From contig LSRY02000031.1 in the NCBI GenBank assembly GCA_001643675.2, positions 1,054,001 to 1,118,000 of the forward strand: DNA of 64,000 nucleotides, in the 5' to 3' direction. A model generated the notes under the pieces. The model did not search any database, was not told where the DNA came from, and saw only the letters and a program-made list of their open reading frames with translations. Shown in pieces: positions 61,371 to 64,000 of this stretch. Source of the DNA: Monocercomonoides exilis PA203. Lineage: Eukaryota; Protista; Preaxostyla. The position numbers and the translations under genes were made by a program. How positions within the stretch are numbered: position 1 is the stretch's first letter; each line of letters starts with the position of its first letter.

Positions 61371-61929
61371 TAAATTTTAAAGCCGTACCAAAAATTTCAA
61401 ACTAAATAATTAGGTCCACACTATTAGAAGAAGAAAAGCAGATTGCGGTAATGGAACGCTCCTCTCTTTGTTGATGTGACCAGAAAAGCTCAGAAAAGTG
61501 AGAAGAGATTTTTTGAACATCTGGCAGAAAACTCTTTAAAGAAGATTTTTTTAACGAAAATTGTGACATAGGTGAAGCATTTTGTGTGTTGCATGAAACG
61601 GTAATTGACCATTGAAATATCTTGCTGAAATTGGTACACGATCAGGTGGAATAAGTTGGAAAATGAATATCTTCTGTCGATAAATGTCCATACTGTTTCC
61701 TGTCTATTCAGCTGAATTTGTAATTGTGAATGGCTTCTTTCATTAATTGCATTCTCAAATAAATTGTAATTCGCAATTCAAGTTGATATTCCAAGAAATG
61801 GTGGAAGATGTCTTTATTGGTGAAAACAATCTTCTTCTCTTTCTTCTTCAGAATCATTGAATCTTTTGCTCTATCAACAACCTGATAAAAAAATAATAAT
61901 AAAAATTCAAAAACTTTCAAAATGTATTT

Positions 61930-62470
61930 TTAATTCATTTCATGTATCTTATTGAATTGGAAAGGTTCGTTTTCATCAATTTAGCTTCATTATTCCTTCC
62001 ATTTTCTTCAATTTTTGCACTATATTCATTCACCATCATTTCCAGCAGTCTTTTCACCCTCAAATGCACAGATTTCCTGCTCTTCTGAAAAAAAGTGAGA
62101 ATTTTGTCTTCTTTCTCACTTCCACTGTTTTCAGCCAATTACAAAATTTGCTTTTCCAGAATTCTTTAAAAACAAGATATTTTCCAAATGTCTTCCCAAA
62201 AATGCAGCTGTCATCTGCACTTCACAGCCGTTTCTCATGTTCACCACAACCAAGGAGATATTTTCCATTTCAATAATCGTTCATGTTCACAAGCTCTGTG
62301 AAGGTGATGGATGGAAATATCTTCACTGAAAATAGAATTATAAAAAATACAACCATATATTTGTCCACATTGGCCATTTTGGAAAGTGCATTTCATTCAA
62401 AAATGTTTTTCATAAGTCATCTCGCTCAATTCCATCATCAATGCATCCTTGCAGCTGTCTCATTCCCCCA
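61930..62470 (-). repeat. More diverged relative of the 34340/57300 gene-fragment repeat
   Basis: Shares ttgatgatggaattg.gcgagatga...ttccaaaat (LMMELSEM). Confidence 0.4.
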
Positions 62471-62808
62471 TGCAAAATAGTAATATCTCCAATGGTAAAT
62501 GTGTTCTTTACCTGTACATCAGAATTTGCTTTATTTTAAGATAAAAGTGATTATCATTATTTTATATATTTTTGTACAACACATTAAAGTGCGGAAATCA
62601 TTCTGAGTTGAAATAAAATTTTTCAAAGAAAATTTATCAAAAATGTTTTTTTGGGATGAGAAATATTTCATTTTCAAAATTATTTAAAAGTTGACATTGA
62701 TTTTTTTGTAATTTTCATCACCTAAAAGAAGATTGCAAGGAAAAAGAAAACTGAATCTTTTTTCAGTGTTATCATCTGATTTCTAATGAGTTTCTGTACC
62801 TCAAGATT

Positions 62809-62848
<40 letters not shown>

Positions 62849-63231
62849 TATCCCAAACCCTTAAAAATTTTTTGCAAAAAAGAAACTTATTCGTTTTCCA
62901 GAAACCCTAAAATAGGGAATTTTTAACAATATCCTTTGACCTATGATATCAATATAATCTAATATATTATTTTTGTTGAACTTAATCCAATATTTAGCGG
63001 TTTCATAATAAAAAATTTTCACATGCATTCTATTTTCCTATTTTGTCTCTCAGCGAAGTTAATAAGAAATTCCAAGCCATTTCTTCTTCATTAAATGAAA
63101 GAATCATCATTAAATTACCTTTCTTTTAAAATAAGATATGTTTCAGTCAAGAAGAATTAAGGTAAATGCAGAAGATAGGGGTACCTATTTTTTTTGTTTG
63201 ATCCTAGAAAAAATGGTTTAAACAACAACAA

Positions 63232-64000
63232 ATGGATATACATGTTATATTCACATCACTTAAAGTGAAATTTATTTGCACATTTTTGCAAACAAATTAT
63301 GCTCATTTTTTCAGAAAATATGGGATTGATCAGTTTTCATTATCATTTGATCCTGACTGAAATGGAAACAAATATATCTATTTCGAGATATTAAAGAATG
63401 TTTATGGACCTTGATTGCGCTAGGACGTAGTATCGAGTGCAATTACTTAATTGCTGTTCCAAAAAATGCACGAATTGTCAAAAACCAATGAATTTATGTC
63501 TTAATATTGGGAAGCGTTGCTGAATATGTAAAAATTGCAAAAGAAAAATAAGTGTTTATACGGACACTTCGTTTTTCATGTCAAAGATTGGGATATCAAA
63601 ACTTCTGCAACTTTTGCTTTAATTATATATGAAATTTAATTTCAAACAAATCTCGTATTTAGTAGGCATAAGCAGAGATACTGTTTCATATTGGGCAAGT
63701 GTTTCTCGAACAGCTGTTTTTAACACTGTTGCGAAAATGGATTTGACATTGAGAGGATCAGGGTGCATCGTTGAAATAGATGAAGCCGTTCTTTGCAAAA
63801 GATAATTCAAAAAAGGAAGGGACAAGCAACAAATATGGATCTTTGGAATGGTGGAGCGAAAAACTGATCGTAACCAAGGAAAATGTTTGATAGTTCGTGT
63901 CGAAAACAGAAAGAAAGAAACTTTTTTACCCATTATTGAAATTTTCGTAAATAAGCAGACAACAGTTTATTCTGATGAGTGGCGCTCGAATTCCTGTTTG
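63232..64000 (+). pseudogene. Second ISXO2-like (Merlin) transposase relic, truncated by the window end
   Basis: LRGSGCIVEIDEAVLCKR*FKKGRDKQQIWIFGMVER...VYSDEWRS; the listed minus-strand ORF is its antisense. The 5' boundary is approximate. Confidence 0.85.

Larger units (their letters stand above)
59279..61421 (+). mobile_element. Decayed mariner-like element with a nested foldback
   Basis: Left end TAGGGTGATACTTTTTATTTTGTTCGAA; ~20/28 inverted match at 61396-61423. A transposase relic lies inside. Confidence 0.65.

Noticed and set aside
63619-63933. 104-aa minus-strand ORF as a gene
   Set aside because: It is the antisense of the Merlin transposase relic.

Overview
AT-rich eukaryotic DNA with short GT-AG introns, the standard genetic code and many (AAG/TCT)n and homopolymer tracts. 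The gene families resemble those of the oxymonad Monocercomonoides; this assignment is inference, not a search result. Apparently intact host genes: a pseudokinase-USP deubiquitinase fusion, an MTFR/PRR11-like protein, a 30-aa W-rich ankyrin-like repeat membrane protein, two convergent kelch/Cys-rich/3-TM paralogs, an acidic coiled-coil protein and two intact copies (plus two broken ones) of a lineage-expanded helical family marked by 'KMEEEGYED'. The window is dense in mobile DNA. It holds a structurally complete DIRS tyrosine-recombinase retrotransposon (ITRs plus ICR, AATT core) and a 6.9-kb Merlin/ISXO2-type element with identical 187-bp TIRs carrying a 4.4-kb host gene fragment. It also holds a second Merlin relic, a decayed mariner, two ~1-kb foldback elements and several TA-flanked MITEs, some nested. 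No rRNA, tRNA or CRISPR array was recognised. All alignments were done by eye.
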